64,000 bases of DNA from Paraspadella gotoi (Eukaryota; Animalia; Chaetognatha), in NCBI GenBank assembly GCA_051294375.1, contig CM119264.1:10763832-10827831 (forward strand), read 5' to 3'. The notes under the pieces were generated by a model, which had not been told where the DNA came from, made no database searches, and saw nothing but the letters and a program-made list of their open reading frames with translations. A program made the position numbers and the translations under genes. The first letter of the stretch is position 1, and each line of letters opens with the position of its first letter. Of this stretch, positions 1 through 13,568 are shown piece by piece.

Positions 1-1007
1 TTTAACACCCACCCTTCCTAATCTTTGTGAGACTCACCATTTCTCCTTCTTGCTCTAACTTACCCTTTTACAGTATTTTACCTTCTCCTCCTAGACTCCT
101 ATTTTCTTCCCATCCCTCTTTTCCAAACTGCCATCTGCCGACTACCATCTGCCCTTCTACGTTTACCACCCAAACAACCATTTCGCTCTACCACCTACCA
201 CGTCATCCACCACCCTTTCCACACTACCAACCGATCACCCTCCACTCCACCTTTCCCGACTACGACTCTCTACCACTCAACCCCATTGCAACTTTCACTG
301 TGCCACCCGTCCCTTTTATGTCATCCATCCTACACATTTATTTTTTTCATCTTATTTCAGGCACCCTGTCAATAGCTTCCGCAAGGACGGGTTTGGAGGG
401 GGGGGCTCGGTTTGCGTTCAACGGTTTAATCGAGAGAGTCTAGAAAAAAAACTCAGAGTCGGCTGCGGTGCCGATAGAGTTGCCGATTCTGGTGCCGGTT
501 CCCGTGCTCACGCTGGTCCGGCTTCCCGTTGCGGTGACTCAAAGAAGCCGTTGACGTTCAACTTAAGCTTAGATTAAAGTGGTGGCGCATGGATTATATA
601 GCATTGACCTCGGCATTAAATTGCGTTTAATCTAAACCGAATTTAATGCGCTTCCTCCATTGCTTTGCCATCCCCTGCTGCTCTTACTCCAATACTGCCT
701 TTCTTGTTATCTCCCACACTCGCTTGCTCTACTGCTCCACTACCCTCTTCCGGTCTTCCTCTCGCACATCCGCACATCCGGTTCCACTACATATCCCGGC
801 TCCTCCACCCTACATCCGACGTGCTCCTCCATCACCTTCTTCCCTTACCCCGGCACCCCACCCCCCTTTCTCCATCTCGTTTCTGACGAAAGACGTTTTT
901 GAGATCTCATCTCCTCAGAGTATTTTTATTTCTCTTCCTCCTCCTTTTGCCATTTCGCCATTTTCCTTCCGGTTTGTTTTTCCTTTTTTTCATTTTTATA
1001 CACCGTC

Positions 1008-1103
<96 letters not shown>

Positions 1104-1974
1104 TCTTCTGCCTCCGGAGTTTGCCTTCCGGCTGTTTGGCTCCCAAATTTCGGCTTCAAAGTTCTTTTGGCACCCGAGTTTTGGCTCTCACGTTTGGCTC
1201 CTAATTTTCTCTCTTAACATGAGCCGGGTCCATTGTGTCTCTTACGAGTTCCTTCGGATGGTTTGCTCAAAAATTAAAAATCAAAATGTAACTTTTACGC
1301 TCCGACATTTCGATATTCGAATCGCGCAAGTATTACGCCGCTCAAAATCGCTCAGTAAGAACGGGAGATAATGGGACAGTTTTCACAGCCCTCTGCCACT
1401 GTACCTGACTGTTCATTTTCTAACCACTAAATGTAACTAGTATTACCTACATATTTTACATATCCTCAAATATCCACCACGTCTGGCCTCAAGGTTCGGT
1501 CCCCTGTTTTGAATTTTCGTTTAGAAAAAAAAAAGAAATAAAAAGTGGGAAATCATTGAAAATTCCGTGAGTTTTGGTTCGGATTTGTGAGGGACCCGGA
1601 TGAATTAAGGAGAAAGTAAGGCTATTATTCCTCTGGTCATAAATTTTGGCCACATTTTTTGAGGAAGAAGAAAGTGGATGGTAAGTGGAATCCCGGATCC
1701 TCAAAAGGGTTGGGAGTGTCTCTAGAGATCAGGTGAGGAAAAGCGGATCTGAAAAGTGGGAAACGGAAAGAAATCTCGGTGCGATGTCAACGAATGGAAG
1801 AAAAGGGGATGTCGGCGACAGTCAAGATGGGAAGCAATGAATGAAAATTGGAAAAGCTTGCAATGGCAAATGTGGATGGCATCGGAACCATCTTTTTTTG
1901 GCCCCCTTGGGCCGCAGCGGCGATCCAATGAAAAGCCAGTTTAAAACGAGTTAGAGTCACAAAAAAAAAACTTG
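1..1974 (+). repeat. ~2 kb segment duplicated at 13569-15511 (copy A, ends at a 25-N gap)
   Basis: The sequence from TTTAACACC(C)ACCCTTCCTAATC to GTCACAAAAAAAAAACTTG recurs at 13569-15511, differing mainly by single-base indels. The ORF track shows the same peptides (MRLTISPSCSNLPF.., MRFLHCFAIPCC..) in both copies. Confidence 0.95.
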
Positions 1975-2018
1975 NNNNNNNNNNNNNNNNNNNNNNNNNA
2001 AAAGAAGGAAAGATATAG

Positions 2019-2183
2019 ATTCTATCATGTAGTTCTTTCCCCACCCTAAACAAGGTGAGTGCATCTGCTCTGCGAAACGCGACATCTTCCGGAGAGAAAA
2101 AAGAAGAGGAAGACTCCTCTTTCCCGGCCTTTCTTCCCCTCGCCGTACGCTACCTCAGTACGCCGCACGAGACAGAATCACTC
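2019..2183 (+). repeat. Left inverted terminal repeat of DIRS-like element
   Basis: Reverse complement of ~4416-4565. Its first ~35 nt (TTCTATCATGTAGTTCTTTCCCCACCCTAAACAAG) are complementary to 2977-3010. Confidence 0.8.
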
Positions 2184-2976
2184 TTCTGTGTCGGCGGGCT
2201 TTGCGCTCACAGGTCTCTCCGCTTTTTTACGAAAATATTTTTTGATTACTTTTTGGTGAAATTAATGTGTTGGGAATATTTTTCCGTTCTCTTTTTTTGG
2301 AGTTCAGAATAACAGATATTCTTCCACGTGGCTTTTTTTTGAAGTTCTCTCTTCACGGCCGCCATCGTTTTATCGTCTTCGTTGTGCGTGCTTCGGAGGG
2401 AAGAGCCTTGAGTCGGCCTGTTCGCTGCCCTCAGACGCACCCTTGCGCGGCTGGACGGAGGGAAGAGCGCGACTGCGGCCCTCTCGTTTGCCCTCGGCAG
2501 CTTTAGTACGGCTGCGGGGGAAGAACCTTGTTCGGCCGCCCTTGTTTGTCATGTTGCTCTCCGTTTTTTGGACTGAGGGCGCGTGTTTTCCGACTCGACT
2601 ACCCTCATTTCTCGCCGCCCGCCTTCGCCGCCGCCTCCACCGCCGCCTCCACGCCTCGCACCATAGCCGTTCCGGGCTTTTCTGGTCAGGCCCGAAGTGA
2701 TGCCCCTTCAGAATGTGAGGTTCAGTCTTCTCCAAATGGCAACGCTCTTTCTAGCGTTCGTCGCGAATTTAAGGAGTTTCGCCGCTCGTTGGCTCGTTTC
2801 CGAGTTTGAGAGTCTTTCGGCGGTGAGTACTTCTTTCCTTTCTTTTTTTTTGTTTTTCGCCTTTTTTTGGCGTACATTCGGCGTACGAGGGGTTTTCGCC
2901 CTCCTTGTGCCACCTAACTCGACTTTGTTTGTTTTGTTTTTTGTCGGGCCTTCGCCTGGTCTTTGTACAGGCTCAA

Positions 2977-3062
2977 CTTGTTGGGTGGGGAAGAATACAT
3001 GATAGAATTTATGGTTCAAATTGGAACCGGGATTCTTCATGGTTCTTTCCCCACGCAACAAC
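2977..3062 (+). repeat. Internal complementary region (ICR) of DIRS-like element
   Basis: CTTGTTGGGTGGGGAAGAATACATGATAGAA|TTTATGGTTCAAATTGGAACCGGGATTCTTCATGGTTCTTTCCCCACGCAACAA: the left half pairs with the element's 5' end and the right half with its 3' end. Confidence 0.8.
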
Positions 3063-3486
3063 AACGTCCACCCCTGGCACACGGTGGTGGAGGGCGGCTC
3101 AGGCTCGCTTGTCTTGTTTGTGGTGTTTTTTTTGGGGTTCCCTTTTTTTGAGACTGGTCATTTTCAATGATTTTCTCTTTTTTTTTTTTCTATGTACGTT
3201 TTCTCAATCGGTTTCTTGGAGCCTCTGTTCGCCATTTCGCCGTTCTTTTCGTCGATCTTGCGTTTGTTCGCCAGCGGACTTGGAAGTCTTCGCGTTCTTT
3301 GGCGGCCTCTTTCGCGCGCGATTCGGCGCTTCGCGCTCCGAGTGGGTGACTGCGTCACGCCTTCCCTTGCGTCGAGCCCCGTCTGCGGCAAGTCGACGAC
3401 GACGCTCGTTTTCGGATCAGAGGTAGGGTTCCTCCTCTGAAAGAAGTCGCTGCTGGCGGTTTTGACAGAAACTTCTTTGTCTCGTC

Positions 3487-4213
3487 GTGCTTCTATACAG
3501 CCTTCGGAGTGGTCTGCAGGCAGTGAAGGATTTGCGCAGAGTTGGCCAGGACGGACGTTCTTTAACCGCGTGGGACGTGGCTTTCGCTAATACGCGTTTC
3601 CGGGGCGCTTGGATCGGAATTTGCTTCGCCGGCGGTGTTTCGTCCTCGCTGGCTCAGAGAGTTTGCCTTGTGCGCTCAGTTCGACGCCGTTCGGTAGACT
3701 CCAAGACGACGCGCGCTTTCAAGGTTTTGAGCGCATCATGAGGGAACCCGGAGGTCCGCTCATGCTGTCCTTTCTGTCGCTGACGTCTCCGCCTCATGGT
3801 TGAGGCCCTACGCTCGCGAGGGCCTCCGGTGGCAGTGGATCGCCAGCGCCACCTTGGAAACGATCTTGCCAAGCCCCTTGGAGACGCCTCGTCGGTTTGG
3901 CGGCGGATTTTGTTCGAGGCCCTCTCCGAGTCTCGGCGCTTAGTTGTCGACGGCTGCCCCCTCTCGGATCTCAAGACAGTTCTGTCCACGTTCTCCGCCT
4001 CCACGTCGTTCTTTTCGAGACCGCTCCACCAGACGTCACCAAAGCGTTCCATTTCTTCGCTTCTCGCTCGGGGCGCCACTCAATTGCGCCTGTCTGCTAG
4101 CCCGGCAAGCGGGGCGTGGGACAGTCCGCGTAAGTCCCGTCGCCGTCCCTACCGGGCTCAGCAAGTCTTCGCCGCCTCCCAAGCGTAGGGCGAGGCTCCT
4201 GAGGGACGTCTAA
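3487..4213 (+). pseudogene. Frameshifted gag-like ORF remnant inside the DIRS-like element
   Basis: GC-rich overlapping ORFs (3487-3741, 3796-4188). The segment RRLVVDGCPLSDLKTVLSTFSASTSFF followed by a basic/Ser-rich tail loosely resembles DIRS ORF1 C-termini. Assigned from context only. Confidence 0.35.
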
Positions 4214-4415
4214 GGACGCCGATGATCGCCCGACAGGCTCTTTCGGCCGTTGCCTGTCGGCCGTGCAGGTTTCCAGGGCCCGGCTTTCGTCCATGGAACT
4301 GGTTTTTTGCGGTTTCTCATCCCCCCCCTTCTAACGCGTCCGCGTCAAGTGGGGCCGTGGGCACGTCACGGGAAGTTTTCGCGGGATTCCCCCCTCTTGG
4401 TGTTGCTTGGCTACG

Positions 4416-4597
4416 AGTGATTCTGTCTCGTGTCGGCGTACTGAGGTTAGCGTACGGGAGGGGGGAAGAGAAGGGGGGAAGAAGGAGTTTTCTCTTTCTT
4501 TTTTCTCTCTGGAGATGTCGCGTTTTCGAGAGCAGATGCTCCTTGTTGGTGGGGAAGGAACCATGAAGAATCCGGTTCCATTTGGAGACCATAAATT
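4416..4597 (-). repeat. Right inverted terminal repeat plus right extension of DIRS-like element
   Basis: Reverse complement of the left ITR. The terminal TTGTTGGTGGGGAAGGAACCATGAAGAATCCGGTTCCATTTGGAGACCATAAATT is complementary to ICR 3007-3062. Confidence 0.8.
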
Positions 4598-6850
4598 TTC
4601 GAATTATGGATGAGGTTTTTCTCGAGTCTAGTGAGAAGTGGAAGATCTCATTTAGCTTCGCGTTTACGAGCAGTCGAGCACTGTAAACAGAACGAATTTG
4701 ACGAAAACAGGAAGAGTACTTATTAACGATGAACGTAATTTTATTGTTGCGAAAATTATTATCTAATTTTTAATTATTAATTTATTAATAAACTGAAGAC
4801 AAAAAAGTTTAGTTTTATTTCTAGTGACATTATTTTTTTAAAAAATGTTCGACTAATGTAATTAATATCCTGGTAGAAAATCACCACTGGTGAAACTGTC
4901 ATTCCAAGTTACCACTGAACAGACCGGAAACTTGCTTGCAAAAAGATTCTCACGCCTGAATAAAAGCAAAAAAAAACGTTAATTTAGTCCATCTGCTCTC
5001 ACCTTTTTTTTTTTCCTTTCATAATTTTCCGCGCCTATCTTATTCCACCTCCTCCTCCTCTTCCTCTCCTCCCGGTCTCCATTCTCTCCCTATTTCCTCC
5101 TTCCTCCTCCCAGAACTTCCGTTTTAGTTTTTTCCGTCTCCCTTTCCACGCGGCGTCTCACGCGCATTAGATTCCCTCATGGACGTCACTTGTTTTTTTT
5201 TTTCTTTTTTGTCCCGGGACGAGTTCCGTGTGGCGCGCGCAGCGTCGCGGACTCTGAATCACGGACGTGGGCGGACGAGTTTTCGCTAAGTTGAGACATG
5301 CGTACTAAAGAAAAAAAAAAGAAAAGACAAAACAGAACAACAACAAGAAAAAAAAAGACGGGCCGAAAACAAGATTTGTCGCGCTTTGCTGAGCTCGGTT
5401 ATGCCGAATCTTTCTCGAACGACGCTCCCGGTGGACTGTTAATGGAACGACTATTATTACGCGTGCTAACATTTTTACGGATGTCCTTTTTTTTTAATAT
5501 TTTTCAGTTTTTAAAACCGATCTAGTTTAAAGCGGAGTTTCGGTATTCGTCGGAAATCTTTTTTCTTTTTTGCTTTACAGTTGTATCCTTTTATTTTTCT
5601 TGCTATAACTACACTTTGTTTTCCTTTAAAGGTCGGCGAATAAACCAAAGACGAGGCTTTTTTTACGACGAACTAGAAGACGAATTTATAGAAGAGAAAT
5701 TTTGGAAAGAAACCAAAGAAGAAAAAAACAAAAAATAAATAAAAAAAGCGCGATACTTGATACTAAAATAGTTTTCTTCTGAAATACGAAAATGAAAATA
5801 AAAAATGGATGTGAAAAAATAAACGCCAAAAGAAATAAAAAAAAATTGGACAAAGTTGGAAAATGAACCGTAATAAAAAGAACGAAGCTCCCAGACCCAA
5901 AAATCATCTTTTAAAACGTCAAAAAAGCTCATTTTTTATAATGCAAATTCCTCCTCAGTCGCCCGAGACTGAGTTTAAAGTTTCGAAGTTTATCCGAAAA
6001 AGCAGGTAAGATAAAAGTTTTTGTTTTTTTTTGCAAAATGGCGCGAGAAGCGAAAAATTACTTTTTCATGCGATTTTTCCAAAATTTTAAAACGGAGGGG
6101 GGGAGAGGATAGGCAAAAGGTGGGGTGGTAGAGGAGAGAGGTAAGGTAGTATCTTTTAATCTTTAGACCTTGGTGCTGGAAATTGTGAGGTCTAGGATCA
6201 ATTACCCGCTCCTACTTTGAGGAGGAACGTTAATAAAATTCTGTCTGACCTGACGACCCTCCCAGAAAGATAGCTCGCGGCTGGCTTCTTTTCCTTTTCC
6301 CAACTTGATTGTATCCCGAATGGCTCCGACACACGGCTCTAAAATATACAAACAACAATGACTTTTTTTCATATATCCTTGCTCGAGTCCGAGAATGAAG
6401 AAAACTTTATTTGTGAAAATTTAACTTTTTTAAAAAAAATTAAAAATTGTTTCTCACCTTGACTATGCGCATAATCGTAGTGAAGGTTTTTTAGTTAATA
6501 GTTTTTTTTTGTTCGTTTACTAGAACTTAGTAACAATTTTCCTCATAAGCCCTATTTAAAATTAGTTCTTATTTTTCTAACACATAATACTTGTCAAGTT
6601 GATTCTCTTATCTCCAGTCCATGAAAGTCTCTCTTTTTTAATAGTCGAATCATCATGTCGCTCATTCCAACCACTCAATCAATTCAAATGCGCGCAATAA
6701 AACTAAAAAGGGTCGAGACCGAGAGAAGAGAGGGGAGGGGAGGCGAGAGAGAGAGAGGGAAGAAGAGAGAGAGAGAGAGAGAGAGGAGATGAGCAATGAA
6801 GAACTGACTGGATGTAAAACGTTTGACCCTGTGGAAGATTGTAAGGAATT

Positions 6851-6993
6851 ACGAAGCCGTTGCCGAAGATGGTTTCGTCCGGCCTAAATTCCGGAGGCGG
6901 CCATGGCGCGGGCGGAGGCGGCGGAGGCGGCGGATGCGGGGGAGATGGCGACGGGATATAAGGTCCGTGGGGGCATTTTTGCTGAATTCGCAT
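6851..6993 (-). CDS. Possible Pro-rich exon of an unidentified gene (..GPYIPSPSPPHPPPPPPPPAPWPPPEFRPDETIFGNGF)
   Basis: GC-rich island with an open frame, preceded by CAG and followed by GTAATT on the minus strand. No family recognised. Confidence 0.3.
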
Positions 6994-7244
6994 CTGACCG
7001 CGGTGGTGCCAAACGCAAGAGGAAGGCAGAGAGGGGCGGAATAGGGGGTGGTGGGCGGTGTTGAAGGGGGTGGCGGGGTGGGAAGGGGTGGGGGATGTGA
7101 TTGAAAGGTTTAACGGGTCAACAAGTAAGATCTAGCGGGAGCGTGTGAACTTGGGTGTTTGGGGGATGAATTAAAATATGTAGATGACCTCGATTTTATA
7201 GGGCGCTTGTTTCGATTCTAATCTTCAATGTTTTGAGAGAGAGA

Positions 7245-7313
<69 letters not shown>

Positions 7314-8574
7314 TGAGAGAGATGATTATCTCGTTTCAGAGACATATCTCATTTCATGAGAAAAATCCTTTTTGTACGCTCTGGAATCGTCTCCGAGTGG
7401 GGTTTCGTTTCGTATTATTATTAAATTTGCATTATTTGTAGTAAAGAAGAACAAATTTTAAAAAGTCAGACTCTACATTTTATTAATAGCAGAGCGTGGC
7501 GATCTACAAATCAAGTTTTTTTCTAACTTTCAATTTCTGTTCTTCGCTCCCTTTTCTCTTCCTCTCTCCCAATCATTTTCCATTCTTTCACCGCTCTTTC
7601 AACCCTTTTCGTCTGCTTTTATTCTTGCTTCCCACTTTTTCCATTAATTTTCTTCCTACTTTTTAGTTTTTATTTATTTTTCCAATATTTCTTTCCTCCA
7701 TTCCTTTTTCTCTCCATCCACGGGCAAAAGTGCGGCTGCACCCCCGCGGTCTTCGGACAATGGGTCCGAGGCAGTAGCAGAATCCGTTGGTGGAAGCGCA
7801 AACTGATTTACTTGATTTAAACGACGACGAAAGACGACGATAACAACGACGACGACTAACGTTGCTTCAAAACAAGGGCAAAGAAGAGATGGGAAAAAAA
7901 GGGAACGAGCGGAACGCAGTAATGGAGGACGTCGGTTAAAATCCGGATTTCCGCGAGAGATGGCGCGATTTAGCTTGAACTCGAGTGTGCTGGCGGAGGA
8001 ATTACTTTCTGTTTACGAGAAGGAAAGCCTATATTATATACTAAGCTTATAAGTATTTATTATTTAATGTATACTTGATCGTCACATCAATTGACCGTAT
8101 TGCCACGTGCGAACCTACGCGACTTCGCTGGTGACCGATGACCTTTGACCCGGAGCCGATTCAGGCAGGGCTGTTCATCTCACTGCCCCCCCTCTTCGAC
8201 CCTGGGCCTCACGTCGCCCGTGAGCCGGCGGTGAATCGGGAATCTTCGCGATTAGGAAGCAATAAGAAACCCGGTCCATCGTCGTCTCCGGGTTTCAACT
8301 CTCCTTTTCATTTCATTATCTTTGCAGTTTTTTAGTAATATTATTGGGCCCTAACTAAAATTGTTTAAAAATTGAAAAATAAATAAATAATTTGAGCCAA
8401 CAAAAAATTGGAGGAAAGGGGGTAAAAAAAGGCCCCTGTGTTAAGAGTTACTTCGGATTCTGGCATCTGGCTGCGAAGGTCACAACGACAAAAAGAAGGG
8501 GTGAAGAATCGCGGCACGAAAAAAGTAGGAAAATGGTTTTGAGGGAAACTCAGGAGAATTATAAAGAATAGAAT

Positions 8575-8705
8575 GTAGTAAATAAATAAATAAATATATA
8601 AATTATATAATATATAAATAAAATAAATGAAATAAATAAATAAATAAAATAATAAATAAATAAAAATAAATAATAAATAAATAAATGAATTAAATGAATA
8701 AATGT
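8575..8705. repeat. Degenerate (ATAA)n low-complexity tract
   Basis: Direct reading. Confidence 0.85.
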
Positions 8706-10357
8706 TAAATTTAGTAAGATAAGTCATTACCTGCTCCCCAACTACTCGATATTACTCCTTTCTCAGGTCGATTCCGGAATGGGCCCATCAACCCCAGGGA
8801 TAAATTCGAGTCCCGTCGACCGAAATAGAACTCGCCTGCTCGCCCACGTCGTCTTCTCCACCTGCTGCACCTGTCCAAAAACAGGCTGCCTTTTTTTGAC
8901 CTTTTTTTGCTGCCGACATAAAAAGGTCGTTGATTGGATTAAACTTCGCAACATCGTCGCCTCCGAACCGCGCCCCACAGCGCCCCTTCTCGGACGAAAG
9001 AAAAAAACACAAAACCGAGGCAGCGGTCGACCTCTTGCCATTTCGGCCAACTCCCCATCGGCGTGCCTTACCAACGCGGTCGCCTTACCAACCGGAGCTA
9101 ATAAGGACCAAAACAATAGCACACGCCCTCCTCACCTCAGACTCTCGGTAAAACATCTCTCGACTGATTAGTACTACCGTAAAAAAACAAGTTTTTCCCC
9201 ACTCCGTACCGATGCCGCTTCTCACTTAAATACCAACAGCCCCACCTTTCTCTCTTCGGCTCAGCAGCGATCATTTTCTCACTCAAAAACCTCACCCTGA
9301 ACATTTAAGCAACGGTCATCACCGACCGGGAACCCACCCCACCCGGTTCACACACCCACGCCTCTTCTCGTCCATGAACCGCCGACCCGTCGCCACGTCA
9401 TTTTCATAACCGTCAACGGGAGACTTTTTACGGTTTCGGGTCTTCTTCCATCCGTGGCCATGGACATGGTGGTCTACGACGCTGCGCTCTGCAGGCTCGG
9501 CTGATTCGCTGCTCTGCGCTGCAAGGGCAGATATGCTGGGTCCGATGCCTGTCCGGCACGGTCCGGCTTCATACGGAGCGTTAGAGTCAGTTTTTTTTTG
9601 GGAGGGGGGGTGGAGTTGACGGGTTCGAGGATCGGTCGAAAAGGGCCCTTTTCGCGGGCGCCCGCCGAAAATCGGCCGGGCCCAGTGGGCGGAACCCAAA
9701 TTGAAACAATTAGGAATTCCGTGTCAGCCGCTGGATCGGTCCAAAAACTGACGCCATATTTCTTTTTTTTTTTCTCTTTCCACGGAATGAACGAAAGAAG
9801 ATCGGAGGAAAAGGAAAACGATGAGATTTTCGAGAAACTTATCTTTTTTATATTTTTTTTTTAAACTTTTTTTTTCTGCTTTGCTCGTTTGTTTTTTGTT
9901 TATCGACTTCGCCGAGGTCGTCCTTGGCAACGAGTTTTTCGTACTTCATGCGACAGAATTCTTTTTATTTTTTTTTCTTTTAACTTTCAAAATACGGACC
10001 TTTTCTCTCGCTTTAAAGGTTTCGAATTTTTGCGCGTTCGCTTCTTTTTCACTAATAATCCTCGGAGCTTAATCTAAGGCGAGTCTTAGGCGAGAGTTGT
10101 TCCTTTGTCGGCGGTCCGGACCATAGTGGAGATTCATTCGGGAGAAAGCCAGAGGGGTGCGAGAGGACAATGCCGAGGGGGGAAAGAAGAAGAAGAAGGA
10201 GGAGAATGATGAGGAAGAGAAGAGGAAGAGGAAAAAGATGGGCGTCCGGCGAAAAAGGCTGTCGCTTCCCTTACTCTTTTTTAATATTCTTCCATATCCT
10301 CTTTTTTCTTTCTTTACTTCTTTCTTGTCTTTCTTTCTTTTCTTTCTTTCTTTCTTT

Positions 10358-10389
<32 letters not shown>

Positions 10390-10738
10390 TTCTTTTTTGA
10401 TCGTCTTGTGAATTTTTTCTTTTTTATCTATTCATGAATTTCATTCATTCCTTCTGAATTCAGTCATTCATTCATTCATTCTCTCCTTCTTTTTTTCTTT
10501 TATTTTTAGATCTTTCATTCTCTTATCGTTCCTTTTTTTTTTTTTTTTTTGAGCGCTAAGGATGGACAGAGCGCTGCGACAGCCGGATCCCCTCTGGGAC
10601 GGGGTCAGTCAGATCGTCCTTTTATGGGACAAGATTAGGTTTTGTGGATCCGTGGTTTAGAGCTCGGAAGGCAGAGAGAAAAAATGAGAGAGAGAGAATA
10701 GACAGAGAGCGAGAGAGAGAGGGAGGAGAGAGAGAAGC

Positions 10739-10802
<64 letters not shown>

Positions 10803-12463
10803 CGACGAGCGAAAGTGGCTGTCTTCCCGCAACAAAATACTTTCTGGTTTTCGAGTTTGGAAGACGTTGCGTCTCAGCTCCCATCGGAGTCACAAGATGG
10901 ACGTTGTGAGTTGTGACTTCCTAGTAGCGTGAATGGTAGCGGGCGTGGATTAGAGCGAAACCGACAGTTGGTTCGAGTGAAAAATAAAACCTAAATAAAG
11001 CGAAGGTCAGTAGTCTGGAGTTGTACATAAATAGCTCAGTATCACTAAGAATAAAAAAAAGAGTTTTTTTATAAATGTAATCGTAAGTCTAATAACTCTA
11101 ATTTATTCATGCAAACGTAATTAGGATACGCAAATGCAGCCAATAGTCATACATGATACTGTTCGTTCGTGCGTCGACTTTAAATTGTTAAAAAACAGTG
11201 CAGCCACAAAAAAAAAACGCCGTGAGGCTGGAATTAAAGTTGGTCCAAAAATACACTGCGTCCCTGTGAGTCATTGGCGTCTAAAAACATTTTGAAGCTT
11301 TTAAAAGGTTTTTCTAAGGCGCGTGAATGCCGACAGTTTGGGCGCCTCCTCAAGACTCACAGTTTGACAACTCGAAACGCAAAGAGATCAAAGCGGATGA
11401 ACGGTTTCGAATTTTTCAGGATAATGAAGTTTGGATAAATGGATGAAATATAGAGGAAGGAGAACGAAAAAGGAAAACAAGGAAGAAAGTAGAATTCCGG
11501 CAAAAAGAGAGGAAGAGAAGAAAGAAAAAAGAAAAAGAAGAAGAAAAAACTAAAATTTGTATATACGCTTTAGGAGGAATTAGAGCAAAGAAAGGACAAA
11601 ACGGGATGAGAGAAAAGAAAGAAAAAGAAATGGAAAAAAAAAAGGAAGCGTATGATTATGAAACCGGGAAGGGTGAATGAAAGAATTGAGAAAAGGAAGT
11701 GACGAAAGAAATAAAAAGGATGGGAACTCTCGAAGGAATAAAAAAAAGGGGTTGTCTCCAATTGTCATTCTGAATTCTTAAAGTCGGGCGAAGATAATCG
11801 CGAAGTCGAGAGGGGGTTTCGGAATAAAGTTAACGACGAGGAGTGAGCGAAGCCGATGGGGGACGAAAGAAAATGAAGAAAAGAAGAGATAAAAGGAGTA
11901 AGAAAGGAAGAAAGACGAATATGGAGAAGGGAGAAGGAAAAAAAAGGGGAGGAATGAGGCGATAAGTGACGAAAAAAAGAGAAGCATTAGTTTCCGAACT
12001 AAAATGAATGCGATTCGATTCCAAGAGCGGGGTTTTACAAAAAGGATACCATGAAATAATGAACGGGAGAGAGAGCGAGAGGAATTGGAGGAAAGAAAAG
12101 TCGGGAGGAAAAAAAGGTCGACTGGGTGGAGAAAGGAAGAAAAGTTAAAACTGAGCGTTAAGTGGGCAAGACTTTTATGGAAGGTTATGACAGACAACAA
12201 AACAAAGCAATTACCAAAACAAATTTAAGCTCCTGGCGGAACAATGAAGGCTCGCGTTTAAATTTCAGTTTCTGCTTTTTGGAAAAAGATTTTTTTTTAA
12301 AAAAAAGAGACAAAATAATTCCATAGTTTCTAAAATGCTTTTTAATTGCACTCGCTCATCTGAAGTCGCAAATGAGTATTTTCTAAAGTTATTTTCTCAA
12401 GAATTAACTCATGCATTTGGCAACCGGTTAAGATTGAAAACATGCAAGCTCTCTCTTCTCTCT

Positions 12464-12509
<46 letters not shown>

Positions 12510-12719
12510 CCGTTTCGCTCGTTCCCCATAAAACACGTCAATGCCTTGTCAAGCCTTTCACAACGCACTTCTCGATTACTACAGTAAACACGCTTTCACC
12601 CGTAACCTTTTTTCGAGGTTTTCTTGATTATTTTCGGTTCTTAGAGAAAAACGTGAGCGAACGAACGAGATCGTGCGCGAATTGTTTTCCAAGAAAAGCG
12701 ACGAACAACATGGACAAAA

Positions 12720-12835
12720 GAGAAGAAAAGAAAGAAAAGAAGAAAAGAAAAGAAAAGAAAAGAAAAGAAAAGAAAAGAAAAGAAAAGAAAAGAAAAGAAA
12801 AGAAAAGAAGGAAAATAAAATAAAATAAAATAAAA
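12720..12835. repeat. (AAAAG)n/(AAAAT)n microsatellite
   Basis: Direct reading. Confidence 0.9.
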
Positions 12836-13216
12836 AGCCTGTCCAAAGTCAGGGGCTATTTTTAAAAAATAAAATAAAAATACAAAGGACTTAAAAGGCA
12901 TTATTTAGTAGTAGAAGCAGTAAGAACTTACACAAGCGTGTATCCACATATATACACTTATTTACATGTATATATATTGTATATTATGCTTGAATAGATT
13001 ATTTCGCCTTTTAAACGAAGAAGCAAAGTAGATTTGTTGGACAGAAAATCCCTGTTCTCGTTGTGGTTGTCGTTTGTTGCACGGAGGGTCTTCATTCTCG
13101 ACGAAACTATCGACCACTTTCCTCGCACTCGAGGATCGAATTCCCTCGTATCACGAAGCCCACCCGAGTCACGCGGGCTCGAGAGAAGCGAGGTGCTTCG
13201 TCGTCCGTCGTCGTCG

Positions 13217-13248
<32 letters not shown>

Positions 13249-13568
13249 AGCATTAATTCCTTTTTTCATTATCAGCGCTGCCAAGTTCATAGAACGTGCG
13301 TTGAAGCTTCTCTAGTGTTGCGATGATAGAGGCTTAAATTTCTTAAAATCTAAAATTTTATTTTTTTTACTTCTTCAATTTCAAGAAAAGGAACTTTTTT
13401 TTTAATTTTTATTTTTTTATATTTTTATTTCGTATCTAAAAATATTGAGAAACATCCATTTCTCGATTCATTTTTTATATCGTTTTTCTCAACCTTATTT
13501 TTCTTTAAAAAAGGAAATAAGTCGAACCTTCGGTTTTTTTTCTTTCTCGTTTTTTTTCAACCCTCTTC

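Larger units (their letters stand above)
2019..4597. mobile_element. Non-autonomous DIRS-type (tyrosine-recombinase retrotransposon-derived) element with ITRs and ICR
   Basis: 2030-2183 is an imperfect inverted repeat of ~4416-4565 (GCATCTGCTCT.CGAAACGCGACATC...GTACGCTACCTCAGTACGCC.CACGAGACAGAATCACTC). The internal segment 2977-3062 is the reverse complement of the left end (2019-2054) fused to the reverse complement of the right end (4543-4597), which is the DIRS ICR geometry. Both ends carry ATT. No RT or YR motifs recognised. Confidence 0.75.

Noticed and set aside
646-1371. 241-aa ORF, plus the many SLSLSL/ERERER/FFLSF ORFs across 0-40 kb and 59-63 kb
   Set aside because: Open frames produced by stop-free CT/AG/AAAG microsatellites. 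Frames are not conserved between the duplicated copies.
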